A stretch of DNA of 64,000 nt. Origin: Verrucomicrobiota bacterium. GTDB lineage: Bacteria > Verrucomicrobiota > Verrucomicrobiia > Limisphaerales > UBA9464. The DNA is taken from contig JAXMHR010000011.1 in the NCBI GenBank assembly GCA_046346705.1, positions 101,812 through 165,811 on the forward strand, read 5' to 3'. Shown one piece after another: positions 53,673 to 62,891 of this stretch (position 1 is its first letter; each line of letters begins with the position of its first letter). Both the position numbers and the translations under genes were made by a program. Below the pieces are notes generated by a model. That model saw only the letters and a program-made list of their open reading frames with translations, searched no databases and had not been told where the DNA came from.

Positions 53673-53702
53673 GACATCGGGGGCGCTGGGAGAGTGGGCC
53701 GG

Positions 53703-54590
53703 CTAGGCGGCGCCCTGGAGTTCGCGGATCATCCGTTCCAAGCGCTGTCCGTACTCGACGAAATTATCCCGCAACGCGTCATCCTGGGCAGCGGCGGACG
53801 TCGTGTCATGGAACACGGCCACCATGTGGGGTTCGATGCTGATGCCGGCGTCATAGCCGCGCTGCAGGGCGTCGCCGAGGATGCGCCGGACGTCGCCATC
53901 CCCCTCGCCGGGCCAGGCGTAGTCGGCGTCATTCTTGGCGGGGTTCCACCGCGCGTCCTTGACGTGGATGTGCGCGACGCGGTCGCGAACACGGGTCCAG
54001 AACTCCCACGGATCCTGCCGTGTCCAGGGCTTTGGTCGGGACCGGTCTGGATTGAACACAGGATTGGCGGTGTCGAAGACCCATTGGAGATCCGGGACGG
54101 CCTCGAGCAGTTCCACCGCGTGATGGCCGCTCATGCCGCCGAAGTTCATGCAGTTCTCGTGGACCACCTGGCATCCGCCGTCCCGGAACCGGGCGGTGAC
54201 CTCGCGGACGCGGCGAACTACTTCGGGTGGGATTCGGTCCGCGTCGTCGTCCGGCCTGTAGCTCATGATGCGGACGAACCGGGTGCCAAGCCGCTGCATG
54301 CGGGGCAGGGCGCGTTCCACCTCGGCGAGGGTGGTCTCGAAGGGATCGGTGACCCGCTTCGCCCAGTTCATGATGGTGGAGCCGAAGCAGTACACCGAGA
54401 TGCCCGCGGCTTTGAGGGATTCGGCGGCCCGGTCGAAAGCGGGTTCGGGAAGGTCGTGAAGATTTGCCTTCGGGAAACCGTCCACCAGCACGTTGCGGGC
54501 TTCCAGGTGCCTCCAATTCAGACGGCGCAGGGCGTCGATCTGGGAGGAGAGCGCGTTGCCGGCTTCGTCACCGATGCCACAGAGAATCAT
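53703..54590 (-). CDS. sugar phosphate isomerase/epimerase (xylose-isomerase-like TIM barrel)
   Basis: Length and HENC, HIHVKD and SIEPH-type motifs. Confidence 0.65.
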   Translation of the reverse strand: MILCGIGDEAGNALSSQIDALRRLNWRHLEARNVLVDGFPKANLHDLPEPAFDRAAESLKAAGISVYCFGSTIMNWAKRVTDPFETTLAEVERALPRMQRLGTRFVRIMSYRPDDDADRIPPEVVRRVREVTARFRDGGCQVVHENCMNFGGMSGHHAVELLEAVPDLQWVFDTANPVFNPDRSRPKPWTRQDPWEFWTRVRDRVAHIHVKDARWNPAKNDADYAWPGEGDGDVRRILGDALQRGYDAGISIEPHMVAVFHDTTSAAAQDDALRDNFVEYGQRLERMIRELQGAA

Positions 54591-54675
54591 GTGTCAGAGC
54601 CAAGCGCGAAGCGGCGCCCGGGGAAAACAAAAACGCCACCCGGGAACGGGTGGCGGGAATCGGAACCGGCGGGGA

Positions 54676-54771
54676 TCACGCCTTCTTGCCGGTGCGAGCG
54701 GCAGCCTTCTTGCGTTTCTGTTGGCGGATCCGGCGGCTGCGCTTTTCGACTTTGTTGTGTTGTTTGCCCAT
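54676..54771 (-). CDS. possible 31-aa highly basic peptide
   Basis: Below the track size cut-off. My translation is MGKQHNKVEKRSRRIRQQKRKKAAARTGKKA-stop, with mostly G/C third positions. No clear SD. Confidence 0.3.
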   Translation of the reverse strand: MGKQHNKVEKRSRRIRQQKRKKAAARTGKKA

Positions 54772-54792
54772 GGCTGTTTAATTACGGAAACA

Positions 54793-55554
54793 ATGATTGC
54801 GAATTCGCGGATGACGATGGGCCTTCACCGGAGGCCCATCAACCTCTTTTTCCTGACCGTCCTGGTGGCCGGGTTGTCGGGACTGTCCGCACTTCAAGCG
54901 GCGGATCCTGCCGTTGCGGGAGGAAAGCCGGCGGGAGCAGCAACTCCCGCACCCGCCACCAATTCCGCGACGGCCACCCCGGCGAAGAAGAATTCCAAGC
55001 CCAAGAAGGCTTCGGACCGCTACGCCGTCATCCGGTACCATCTGGAAACCACGGATGACGGGAACGGTCCCAAGGCGGAGGTCATCCGGAGTCGTCCCCA
55101 GTTGATTCCCATCCAGAAGATGCCGTTCTTTGATGAGCGGGATGTGGCGTCCGCGGATCTGATCGAAACCCCGGACGGAGGATTCATTGTCCAGATTGAG
55201 GGGACGGAACACGGGCGCAATGCCTTGGAAATGGCGACGGTGTCCGCCAACGGACGCAGGGTGGCCATTTACGGACAGTGGATGACGGACTCCGAAACCC
55301 CTGAGATCCGATGGATTGCCGCGCCGATGATCCGGGGGACGGTTCGGAACGGGACTCTTCGATTCTCCGTCGATTGCGACCGGACGGAGGCGCAGATGCT
55401 GGTGGACGGCCTGAACAATGTGGCGGTGAAGCTGAAGAACCGCCCGAAGATCAAGAGTGACCCGGATTCCACGGCCAAGGGCGCCTCCAAGAAGAGTCCC
55501 GTGAATTCCAAGTCCGCTGCGGCCGACCTGATCAACCAGAACACCCGCCCGTGA
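54793..55554 (+). CDS. secreted hypothetical protein (possible SecDF P1-head-like domain)
   Basis: Signal peptide INLFFLTVLVAGLSGLSALQA, then a low-complexity linker. GRRVAIYGQW...IAAPMIRGTVRNGTLRFSVDCDRTEAQMLVDGLN resembles P1-head motifs. Alternative starts lie at 54811 and 54817. Confidence 0.5.
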   Translation: MIANSRMTMGLHRRPINLFFLTVLVAGLSGLSALQAADPAVAGGKPAGAATPAPATNSATATPAKKNSKPKKASDRYAVIRYHLETTDDGNGPKAEVIRSRPQLIPIQKMPFFDERDVASADLIETPDGGFIVQIEGTEHGRNALEMATVSANGRRVAIYGQWMTDSETPEIRWIAAPMIRGTVRNGTLRFSVDCDRTEAQMLVDGLNNVAVKLKNRPKIKSDPDSTAKGASKKSPVNSKSAAADLINQNTRP

Positions 55555-56570
55555 TTTTTCGGTTTCTCCGGCGGCTTCCAGGTGTCGCGCTCCTTTTGGG
55601 GATCGCGTCGGGTGTGTGGGCCCAGCCGTTTCGATTCCCCACGGAGAATCACGCCCTGCTCGAGGCCGGGGGTGAGGCCCGCTTCTTCCAGGGCACGAGT
55701 GGCAAGCCTTGGAACAGCGGCCAGTTCGGATGCGTCCGCACGGACGGACATCAGTTTCACGAGGGCGTGGACATCCAGGCGCTTCACCGCGACGCCCATG
55801 GGGAACCGACGGACGCGGTGACCGCCAGCGCTGCCGGCACGGTGGCCTACATCAATTCGCGGTCCGCGTTGTCGAATTACGGGAACTATGTCGTGCTGCG
55901 ACATCAGATCGAGGGCATGGAGGTGTACACGTTGTACGCCCATCTGCGGCAGGTGCGGGAGGGATTGCGGGTGGGGGAGGCGGTGTCCGCCGGGGATCGG
56001 ATCGGAACGCTGGGGCGCACGAGCAATACCCGGCAGCCCATCACCAAGGATCGCGCCCACGTGCATTTCGAAATCAACCTCGTGGTCAATGACCGGTACG
56101 TCGACTGGCACCGGGCGCACCTCAAGGGGATGCGCAATGATCACGTCAATTTCAATGGCAGGAATCTGCTGGGGCTGGATCCCGCCGAAGTTTTCCGGGA
56201 GCAGGCTCGGCAGGGTTCGGCATTCCGCTTCACGGAGTTCATCCGGAGCCGTCCGGTGATGGCCCGCGTCGCGGTGAAGGACACGTCAATCCCGTGGGTG
56301 AAGCGGTATCCGCAACTGCTGGTGGCGAACCCAGTGGCGGAGCGCGAAGGCATCGCGGGATACGAACTGGGCCTGACGTTCAACGGCATGCCGGTCCGGG
56401 TAACTCCGAGAGCGGCGTCGGAACTGAAGGGGCCGGCGAAGGTTCGACTGGTGGAGGTCAGTGCGGGGGAGTGCCAGGGCCATCCGTGCGGACACCTGGT
56501 GGCGCGGCGTGGGGACGGCTGGGTGCTGACGACGCATGGGACGGATGTGGTGGATTTGATCGCGTATTGA
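55551..56570 (+). CDS. M23 family metallopeptidase
   Basis: HEGVDI, YGNYVVLRH, LYAHL and HVHFEI motifs. The GTG start overlaps the upstream stop (GTGA). Confidence 0.8.
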   Translation: MIFRFLRRLPGVALLLGIASGVWAQPFRFPTENHALLEAGGEARFFQGTSGKPWNSGQFGCVRTDGHQFHEGVDIQALHRDAHGEPTDAVTASAAGTVAYINSRSALSNYGNYVVLRHQIEGMEVYTLYAHLRQVREGLRVGEAVSAGDRIGTLGRTSNTRQPITKDRAHVHFEINLVVNDRYVDWHRAHLKGMRNDHVNFNGRNLLGLDPAEVFREQARQGSAFRFTEFIRSRPVMARVAVKDTSIPWVKRYPQLLVANPVAEREGIAGYELGLTFNGMPVRVTPRAASELKGPAKVRLVEVSAGECQGHPCGHLVARRGDGWVLTTHGTDVVDLIAY

Positions 56571-56590
56571 GAGGGGGGCGACGAATGGGG

Positions 56591-56679
56591 CGATTGTAGT
56601 GCAGGCTTTAGCCTGTCTTCCGCGGGCGCTGGGGTGGGGGGGCGGGGATTGGGACAGCCTGAAAGCTGGACTACGAACG
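56591..56679. repeat. palindromic intergenic repeat element, copy D
   Basis: CGATTGTAGTGCAGGCTTTAGCCTG ... CAGCCTGAAAGCTGGACTACGAACG. Confidence 0.8.
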
Positions 56680-56731
56680 AGGGGCAGCATGCCGCCAAAA
56701 CGCTCGCCACGGCGGCCCGAACGGGCACGGT

Positions 56732-58276
56732 TTGGGCATGATTCGAATTTGGGCGTTCGTTCTCATGGCGGGATGTGCCCTTGCGGCGGAGTCGTTGAGT
56801 TACACGGCGCCGCGTTGGGACGACGCCGGGCGCGCGGCGCGGATCGAGGCGGTGTTGCCGCGGTTGGACGAAATCTACGCGTCACACGCGACGAGCAATC
56901 ACATTCCCGGCTACGTGTACGGTGTGGTGGTGGACGGACGGTTGATCCACGTCCGCTCCGCCGGGTCGGCGACGTTGAATCCCGAGCGGCCGGTGACGGA
57001 GGAGACGCGGTTTCGAATTGCGTCGATGACCAAGAGCTTCACCGCAATGGCCATTCTCAAGCTGCGGGATGCCGGAAAGCTGTCGCTGGAGGATCCGGTG
57101 GAGCGCTGGATCCCGCAGTTTTCGCGGGTGAAGCCGCCCACGACCGACTCGCCCAAGATCACCTTGCGTCATTTGCTGCGAATGTCCGCGGGGTTTCCCC
57201 AGGATGATCCGTGGGGTGATCGCCGGTTGGCGGACACGGTGCGACAGTTGGAGGACCTGGTTTCCGGAGGACTGGCTTTCTCAAATCCGCCGGGGGTGAC
57301 TTGGGAATACAGCAACCTGGGGTACGGACTCCTGGGGCAGGTCGTGACGCGGGCTTCGGGGCGGCCGTTCCAGGAGTACATCACCCGGGAGATTCTACGT
57401 CCGCTGGACATGACCAACACCGTCTGGGAGTTCACGAAGGTCCCCGATGGCCGGATGGCGCAGGGATACCGATGGGAGAACGACCATTGGCGGGAGGAGC
57501 CGCTGCTGCACGACGGAACGTTTGGGGCGATGGGGGGATTGATCACCACGGTGGGCGATTTCTCCCGGTATGTGGCCTTCCATCTCGACGCCTGGCCGCC
57601 GCGCAATGGTCCCGACCCCGGGCCCGTGCGTCGTTCGACCCGCCGGGAGATGCACCGGCCTGCGGAAGTGCTGTCGGTGATCACCAATTCCTTCACCCTG
57701 GATGGAACGCCGGATCCGAGGGTGGCGGGTTACAGTTTTGGACTGAGCTGGAACCAGGATGCGCGCGGGGTGATCTGGCTGCGGCACGGGGGTGGCTTGC
57801 CGGGATTTGGCAGTGAACATCGTTTTCTGCCCGACTACGGCATCGGCCTGGTCGCGTTTGCCAACCGGACCTACGCGCCCATGACCGCGGCCAATGCGGC
57901 GGCCATGGAGGTCCTGCTCGGCGCGGCCCGCATTCCGCCCCGGCAGGCGGTTGCCTCACCGTTGTTGGAACGGCGCGCCGCGCAGGTGGCGTCCATTCTC
58001 CAGACCTGGGATGCCGCCGAGATGGCGGATGCGCTTGCACCGAATGTATTTCAGGACCGCGATCTGTCGGATTGGAAGACGATGTCCGCGGAGACGCTGT
58101 CTCTGTGCGGGAAGATCCAGTCCGTGTCGGAGCTGCGTCCGGAGAACCAATTGCGCGGCCGGTTTGATCTGATCGGCGAACGGGGTGTCGTGGAGGTGTT
58201 TTTTACGATGATGCCCGAGGCGGTTCCGCGGGTTCAGGAGATCAAGCTGACGCCGAAACCGAGGTCCGGGCTGTAA
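56732..58276 (+). CDS. serine hydrolase, beta-lactamase (class C/esterase) family
   Basis: ASMTKSF (SxxK) and WEYSNLGY (YxN), plus an N-terminal signal peptide. Confidence 0.8.
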   Translation: MGMIRIWAFVLMAGCALAAESLSYTAPRWDDAGRAARIEAVLPRLDEIYASHATSNHIPGYVYGVVVDGRLIHVRSAGSATLNPERPVTEETRFRIASMTKSFTAMAILKLRDAGKLSLEDPVERWIPQFSRVKPPTTDSPKITLRHLLRMSAGFPQDDPWGDRRLADTVRQLEDLVSGGLAFSNPPGVTWEYSNLGYGLLGQVVTRASGRPFQEYITREILRPLDMTNTVWEFTKVPDGRMAQGYRWENDHWREEPLLHDGTFGAMGGLITTVGDFSRYVAFHLDAWPPRNGPDPGPVRRSTRREMHRPAEVLSVITNSFTLDGTPDPRVAGYSFGLSWNQDARGVIWLRHGGGLPGFGSEHRFLPDYGIGLVAFANRTYAPMTAANAAAMEVLLGAARIPPRQAVASPLLERRAAQVASILQTWDAAEMADALAPNVFQDRDLSDWKTMSAETLSLCGKIQSVSELRPENQLRGRFDLIGERGVVEVFFTMMPEAVPRVQEIKLTPKPRSGL

Positions 58277-58315
58277 GCTTTTTGGCCGGGAAATCCGGGG
58301 TGCTTGGAGGGATGT

Positions 58316-59731
58316 TCAGGGGTTCGTTGAGGGGGCAGCGCCCTCGTCGGGTTGGGGATCTTCGGGAACCGGGCCCGGGTCCAACCGCCATTCAGAATCC
58401 GAGAGCCTCAGGTTCACCAGAACGACATCGGATTTTCCCGTATCGAGGTCGTCAAATCCATAGAAGACGGTTCGCGATCCATCCTCGTTGGTTCTCACCT
58501 GTTGAATGGAGGTCACCGAGCGTCGCGAAAAGGCGTTGGTCATGACCCGGAACAACAGATCCTGCCGACGCGAAAGGGTGTCCGGTGAAGCGCCCGGGTC
58601 GGGCAGCACGAGTTCCCCGAGGCGCCGGCGGTTTCCCTCGGTGATGGCCCAGAGGGCTGTGGTGGCGGCATCCTCGGGACTGTCGGTTCCCAGGTCGGCC
58701 AGCCGCGCCCGGGCGGCGGGTGTTGTTGCCTGAACCTTGCCTTCAGGAACGGGAATCGTGCGGCGCAGCCGGGCTACTTCGCCCCGGAGGCGCAGGAGTT
58801 CGGACTGCACTTCGGGTGGGGTTCCGGGCGGAGTTTGTTCGGGACGGTTTCGGGCTATTTCCAAGTCGCTGGCGAGTTGCTGCTGGACGACCTCCAAACG
58901 GGCGATTTCGTTCCGGAGCCGGTGTTGTTCCTGATGGAGGAGGATCCAGGGAATTCCGATGGCGACGGCGAGCAGAACCCCAGAGGCGATCTTCAGGGCA
59001 GGGGAGGACGTCAGGGCGAGGAATCCCGTTGCCGGAGTCTCTATCAGATTCGAGGCGACGGCGACGGAAGCGACCGAGGACATCATGGGTGTCGGCGCGG
59101 AGGAGACGGCGTGGGTCGCGAGCAAGCCTCCCAGCGACGGCAGGCCGGGCTCGGCTCCGGGGCGTGCGAGCAGTGCTCGCAATCGTTCGAGAGCGCGGGT
59201 GACGCGCTTTTGGGCGGTGTCTTCGGTGACCCCGAGGGCCGCGCCCACGGCTCGGAGGTCGCGTTGTTCGAAATAGCGCAGAACGAGGGCTTGGCGGTCG
59301 GGTTCCCGGAGTTTGTCGAGGGCGGCATCGAGGTCGGCACGGATTGCATTCCATTCCGCGGGAGCGGGGTGATCGGGAGAATTCAATTCGATGTGCAATT
59401 GTTCGCGGGTCTCCCGACGCTGGCGGGTGCGGCGGACCTGCCCGGCCGCAAACCGGGTGGCGCGATGGAGCCAGGGACCGAGCAGGACGTGCGACGACAG
59501 CGACCCGGCGCGGCGTGCGAGGTCGGTGAAGACCATCTGGGTCACGTCGTGGGCGAGGTCCGGGTCACCCACCTGTCGGGCGGCGGAGGAATGCACCCAG
59601 TGCAGGTGTCTGGAGACCAGTTCGGAGAATGCGGATTCGGATCCGGAGATGGCGTAACGTTGGAGCAGTTCGTGGTCTTCGGCCATGGCGTTTCTGTCTC
59701 CAAACAGCCGCCGGGCGTTGAAATCCGACAC
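58316..59731 (-). CDS. ECF sigma-70 factor fused to a transmembrane segment, coiled coil and C-terminal domain
   Basis: Region 2 reads LVSRHLHWVHSSAARQVGDPDLAHDVTQMVF. Region 4 reads DRQALVLRYFEQRDLRAVGAALGVTEDTAQKRVTRALERL. Then TM ASGVLLAVAIGIPWILL, then heptad-like RLRNEIARLEVVQQQLASDLE. Confidence 0.75.
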   Translation of the reverse strand: MSDFNARRLFGDRNAMAEDHELLQRYAISGSESAFSELVSRHLHWVHSSAARQVGDPDLAHDVTQMVFTDLARRAGSLSSHVLLGPWLHRATRFAAGQVRRTRQRRETREQLHIELNSPDHPAPAEWNAIRADLDAALDKLREPDRQALVLRYFEQRDLRAVGAALGVTEDTAQKRVTRALERLRALLARPGAEPGLPSLGGLLATHAVSSAPTPMMSSVASVAVASNLIETPATGFLALTSSPALKIASGVLLAVAIGIPWILLHQEQHRLRNEIARLEVVQQQLASDLEIARNRPEQTPPGTPPEVQSELLRLRGEVARLRRTIPVPEGKVQATTPAARARLADLGTDSPEDAATTALWAITEGNRRRLGELVLPDPGASPDTLSRRQDLLFRVMTNAFSRRSVTSIQQVRTNEDGSRTVFYGFDDLDTGKSDVVLVNLRLSDSEWRLDPGPVPEDPQPDEGAAPSTNP

Positions 59732-59758
59732 CGGTTCCCGGAATTTTTTCCTCCGGGC

Positions 59759-60391
59759 TCAGGAGAACCGGTCGTTGGTCCAGGGATCCGCGGTGTTGGA
59801 GTAGCCGCGGAGTTCCCAGAATCCGAGGATGTCGCGGTCGAGGAAGGTGATCTCGCGGATCCACTTGGCGCCCTTCCACGCGTAGCGCTTGGGGATGATG
59901 ACCCGCGCCGGGCCGCCATGTTCCGCGGGCAGCGGGGCGCCATTCCACGTGTGGGCGATCAGGACGTCCTCATCGAGGCAGACCTCCAGCGGGTTGTTGG
60001 TGGAATAGCCGTCGTAGCTCTTGAAGAAGACATGGGTGGCGGCGCTCCTGGGTTGGACGAGGTCCGCAAGGGTTAGGAACGAAACGCCCTGAAAGGTCAT
60101 GTCCAGCTGGCTCCAGGTGGTGACGCAATGGAAGTCACTGGTATCGGTGATCTGGGGCAGGGCCTGAAAGGCGTCCCAGTCGAGGGTGATGGGGCGCTCG
60201 ACCTGTCCACCGATCTTGAGGCGCCACTGGGAGGTGGAAATCTCGGGTTTGATGCCGAGGTCGAGGACGGGAAAGTTGGTGACGACCTTTTGTCCGGGCG
60301 GCACCCGTTCGACGGAACGTTCCGTTTGGCGTGCGGTGCCGGCTTTTCGGGCGGCCCAGCGTTCCTTGGCGGCGACATACGCTGCATTCAC
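59759..60391 (-). CDS. sulfite-oxidase-like molybdopterin-binding oxidoreductase
   Basis: FHCVTTWS, GAPLPAEHGGPARVIIP and YAWKGAKWI. Confidence 0.75.
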   Translation of the reverse strand: MNAAYVAAKERWAARKAGTARQTERSVERVPPGQKVVTNFPVLDLGIKPEISTSQWRLKIGGQVERPITLDWDAFQALPQITDTSDFHCVTTWSQLDMTFQGVSFLTLADLVQPRSAATHVFFKSYDGYSTNNPLEVCLDEDVLIAHTWNGAPLPAEHGGPARVIIPKRYAWKGAKWIREITFLDRDILGFWELRGYSNTADPWTNDRFS

Positions 60392-60504
60392 GGGGGGAGG
60401 GTGCGGCTTCGACGGGTGAACGCAAGAAACGGGAATAATCTCCTTGATGCCATGAGGGAACCCGGGTAAGTACCGCGCTCCTTTTCGAGGAAAGGAAACA
60501 ATTT

Positions 60505-60765
60505 ATGGCACGCATTTGTCCCATCTCCGGCAAGCGCCCCGTCAAGGGCAATCACATCTGGCGCTCCGGTAAGGCCAAGAAGAAGGGCGGTATCGGTACC
60601 CACGTGACCGCCATCACCAAGCGGCGGTTCTTCCCGAACCTCCAGACCGTTCGCGTCGTTCTGCCGAACGGCCAGGTGAAGCGCATCCGGGTGGCCGCCA
60701 GTGTCATCAAGAAGGGCCAGATCACCAAGGCTCCGAAGCGCACTTGGACCAAGAAGGCGGCTTAA
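60505..60765 (+). CDS. rpmB: 50S ribosomal protein L28
   Basis: MARICPISGKRPVKGNHI...RRFFPNLQ. Confidence 0.9.
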   Translation: MARICPISGKRPVKGNHIWRSGKAKKKGGIGTHVTAITKRRFFPNLQTVRVVLPNGQVKRIRVAASVIKKGQITKAPKRTWTKKAA

Positions 60766-60819
60766 GGCTGGGCTGGGTTGCCGTGGTTCGGCGGTCGGCC
60801 AGCATGCCGGCCGACGCTT

Positions 60820-60860
60820 AAAGGACGGTTCTCCGAATGGGGGAACCGTCCTTTGGCATT
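60820..60860 (+). terminator. Rho-independent terminator after rpmB
   Basis: AAAGGACGGTTC-loop-GAACCGTCCTTT is a 12-bp perfect stem, followed by GGCATTTTA. Confidence 0.55.
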
Positions 60861-60978
60861 TTACCACCGGAGATTTTGGGCCGGGCGCCACTGCGAGTCC
60901 TCCTGCAGTCGAGGGTTTCGACGGCCCCGTGCCCTGGGTGGTTGCCCGGGCGTTTGGACTGGGAAGGTTATCCCCAGG

Positions 60979-61434
60979 TTATCCCCGCTTGGTGCGGTGT
61001 TGCAGCGCCCGCTGGATTTCCCGGTCGGTCTCGCGTTTGCGGATGTCGTCCCGCTTGTCGAAGTCGGCCTTTCCCTTACCGACGGCGAGTTGGACCTTCA
61101 CCTTGCCGTTCTTCCAGTAGAACGAGAGGGGAACGATGGAATGCCCCTTGATATTGCCCAGGGCGAAGAGCTTCTGGATCTCGGAACGGTGGAGGAGGAG
61201 CTTCCGTTTCCCTTTTGGGGCGTGGTTGTGGACGTTGCCGTGGGAGTATTCGTCGATGTGGGCGTTGTGGAGCCAGACCTCCTCCTTCTCCACCCGCGCA
61301 AAGGCGTCGGAAATCTGGCCGCGTCCCTGTCGGAGGGCCTTCACCTCGGTCCCGTGCAGGACAATGCCCGCCTCGAAGGTGTCGAGGATGTGGTAGTCGC
61401 GGCGGGCCTTCGAGTTGGTGAGGATTTCGGCCAT
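60979..61434 (-). CDS. smpB: SsrA-binding protein
   Basis: NSKARRDYHILDTFEAGIVLHGTEVKALR...KRKLLLHRSEI...GKGKADFDKR. Confidence 0.92.
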   Translation of the reverse strand: MAEILTNSKARRDYHILDTFEAGIVLHGTEVKALRQGRGQISDAFARVEKEEVWLHNAHIDEYSHGNVHNHAPKGKRKLLLHRSEIQKLFALGNIKGHSIVPLSFYWKNGKVKVQLAVGKGKADFDKRDDIRKRETDREIQRALQHRTKRG

Positions 61435-61497
61435 AAAGCCGGCAGCCGGAGGGCGGGGCCCTCCGGCTGCAAATCCATCGGGCAGGGTTGACCTGCG

Positions 61498-61770
61498 TCA
61501 GGCCACGGCGGCCTTGCGGGTCCGGCGCCGCTTGGGCGCCTCCGGACCGGCTCCGCCGGCCTCGGCTTCCAGTTCGTAGCCGATCTTTTCCTCCAGAAGC
61601 TCCAGAAGGGCGATGTCCGCGACTCCCATTTCGGGGGTCACCACCACCAGGGGGCGGCTGATGCCACCGCCGCCGGAGTTCAGCTGGCGGACCCGGCGTG
61701 AGATGACGTTCACGAGGACGTGTGCATTCCCCACCTTTTCAAGCGCCTTGCGCGTCAGTTCTGCGTTCAT
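61498..61770 (-). CDS. rpoZ: DNA-directed RNA polymerase subunit omega
   Basis: Internal start MNAELTRKALEKVGNAHVLVNVISRRVRQLN. Confidence 0.8.
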   Translation of the reverse strand: MNAELTRKALEKVGNAHVLVNVISRRVRQLNSGGGGISRPLVVVTPEMGVADIALLELLEEKIGYELEAEAGGAGPEAPKRRRTRKAAVA

Positions 61771-61886
61771 TCGTTGGAGTCTCTTCGAAACGAGCGGGGT
61801 ACCATAGGCTGGGCGTGGAATGCAGCAATGGAAATTTGACTGCAAGCGGCTTGGCGAGCCCGGGGAATGCCGGATAGCGTAGGCCC

Positions 61887-62411
61887 ATGCTCCAGGGGAT
61901 GCGGTTCGCGGGATTGCTGGTGGTGGCGGTTTGGCTGGGGGCGACCGTGTTTCTCACCTTTGGAGCGGGCCCGGCCTTCTTTTCGTCCGCCATGCTGGAG
62001 GTGGTTCCCCGGTACCATGCCGGCCGGGCCGCCCAGATCGTCCTGGAGTCGTTCTTTGAATTCCAATTGGTGTGCAGCTGGCTGGCGGCGGTGTTGGTGC
62101 TGGTGGATTGGGCGACAACCGGACGCCTTCCTCGGAGGTGGGCCCTGGGAGTGCTCGGGGTGCTGCTGGCCCTGGTCCTGGTCGGCGGTACGGTCCTTCA
62201 ACCCCGGCTCCGCCGCCTGCACGCGGTGATGTACGCCCCCAATTCGAGTGTGGAGCAGAAGGAGGTGGCAACCCTTCAGTTCCGTCGTTGGCACGGTGTC
62301 TCCCAGGTGGGGAACCTCGTCGTGTTGATCGGGGTCGTCGCCTATTTCTGGTCCCTGGCGACGCCGGTGCCCGTTCGTCCGGGCATTGTTTACTCGGGAC
62401 GCCGGAGTTGA
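61887..62411 (+). CDS. integral membrane protein (DUF4149-like)
   Basis: Four hydrophobic segments. The family recall is weak. Confidence 0.5.
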   Translation: MLQGMRFAGLLVVAVWLGATVFLTFGAGPAFFSSAMLEVVPRYHAGRAAQIVLESFFEFQLVCSWLAAVLVLVDWATTGRLPRRWALGVLGVLLALVLVGGTVLQPRLRRLHAVMYAPNSSVEQKEVATLQFRRWHGVSQVGNLVVLIGVVAYFWSLATPVPVRPGIVYSGRRS

Positions 62412-62433
62412 TTCCCCGACCGAGTAGATCCGG

Positions 62434-62817
62434 TCAGGAACGGGCCGCCGGTTCGCCGGCCTTCCGCGTCCGGCGGGCCTTGGGCAGGCGGGGCGCATCG
62501 CTCCAGAGTCCTTCGAGGTCGTAATGGGCGCGGACCTCCGCCTTCATGATGTGGACAATCACATCGAAGAAATCCGCCACGATCCAGTTGGTCTGGGCGC
62601 GACCGTCCGTGGAATGCGGTTGGATGCCGTGTTCGCTGCGCAGTTGTCCGAGAATCTCCCCCTCGATCGCCCTCAGGTGCGGCTCGCTGGTTCCGCTGGC
62701 GATCACGAAATAGTCGGTGACGTCGGAGAGCTTCCGAACGTCCAGGACGACCACATCTTCGGCCTTCTTGTTTTCAGCGAGGTCGCGGCAGAGCAGCGCG
62801 AGCTTCTTGGAATCCAT
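62434..62817 (-). CDS. rsfS: ribosome silencing factor
   Basis: Internal start MDSKKLALLCRDLAENKKAEDVVVLDVRKLSDVTDYFVIASGTSEPH...WIVADFFDVIVHIM. Confidence 0.88.
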   Translation of the reverse strand: MDSKKLALLCRDLAENKKAEDVVVLDVRKLSDVTDYFVIASGTSEPHLRAIEGEILGQLRSEHGIQPHSTDGRAQTNWIVADFFDVIVHIMKAEVRAHYDLEGLWSDAPRLPKARRTRKAGEPAARS

Positions 62818-62891
62818 CGCGGTCACCGTGCCGCCCCGGTGGCAAACCGACAAGGCGGTTTCTGCGGGGGCGGATCGTCTCCGGACGGGAT

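Noticed and set aside
60793-60817. First hairpin after rpmB (GTCGGCC...GGCCGAC) as the terminator
   Set aside because: Its stem is shorter and imperfect, and no T-tract follows. The downstream 12-bp stem with TTTT is the better candidate.
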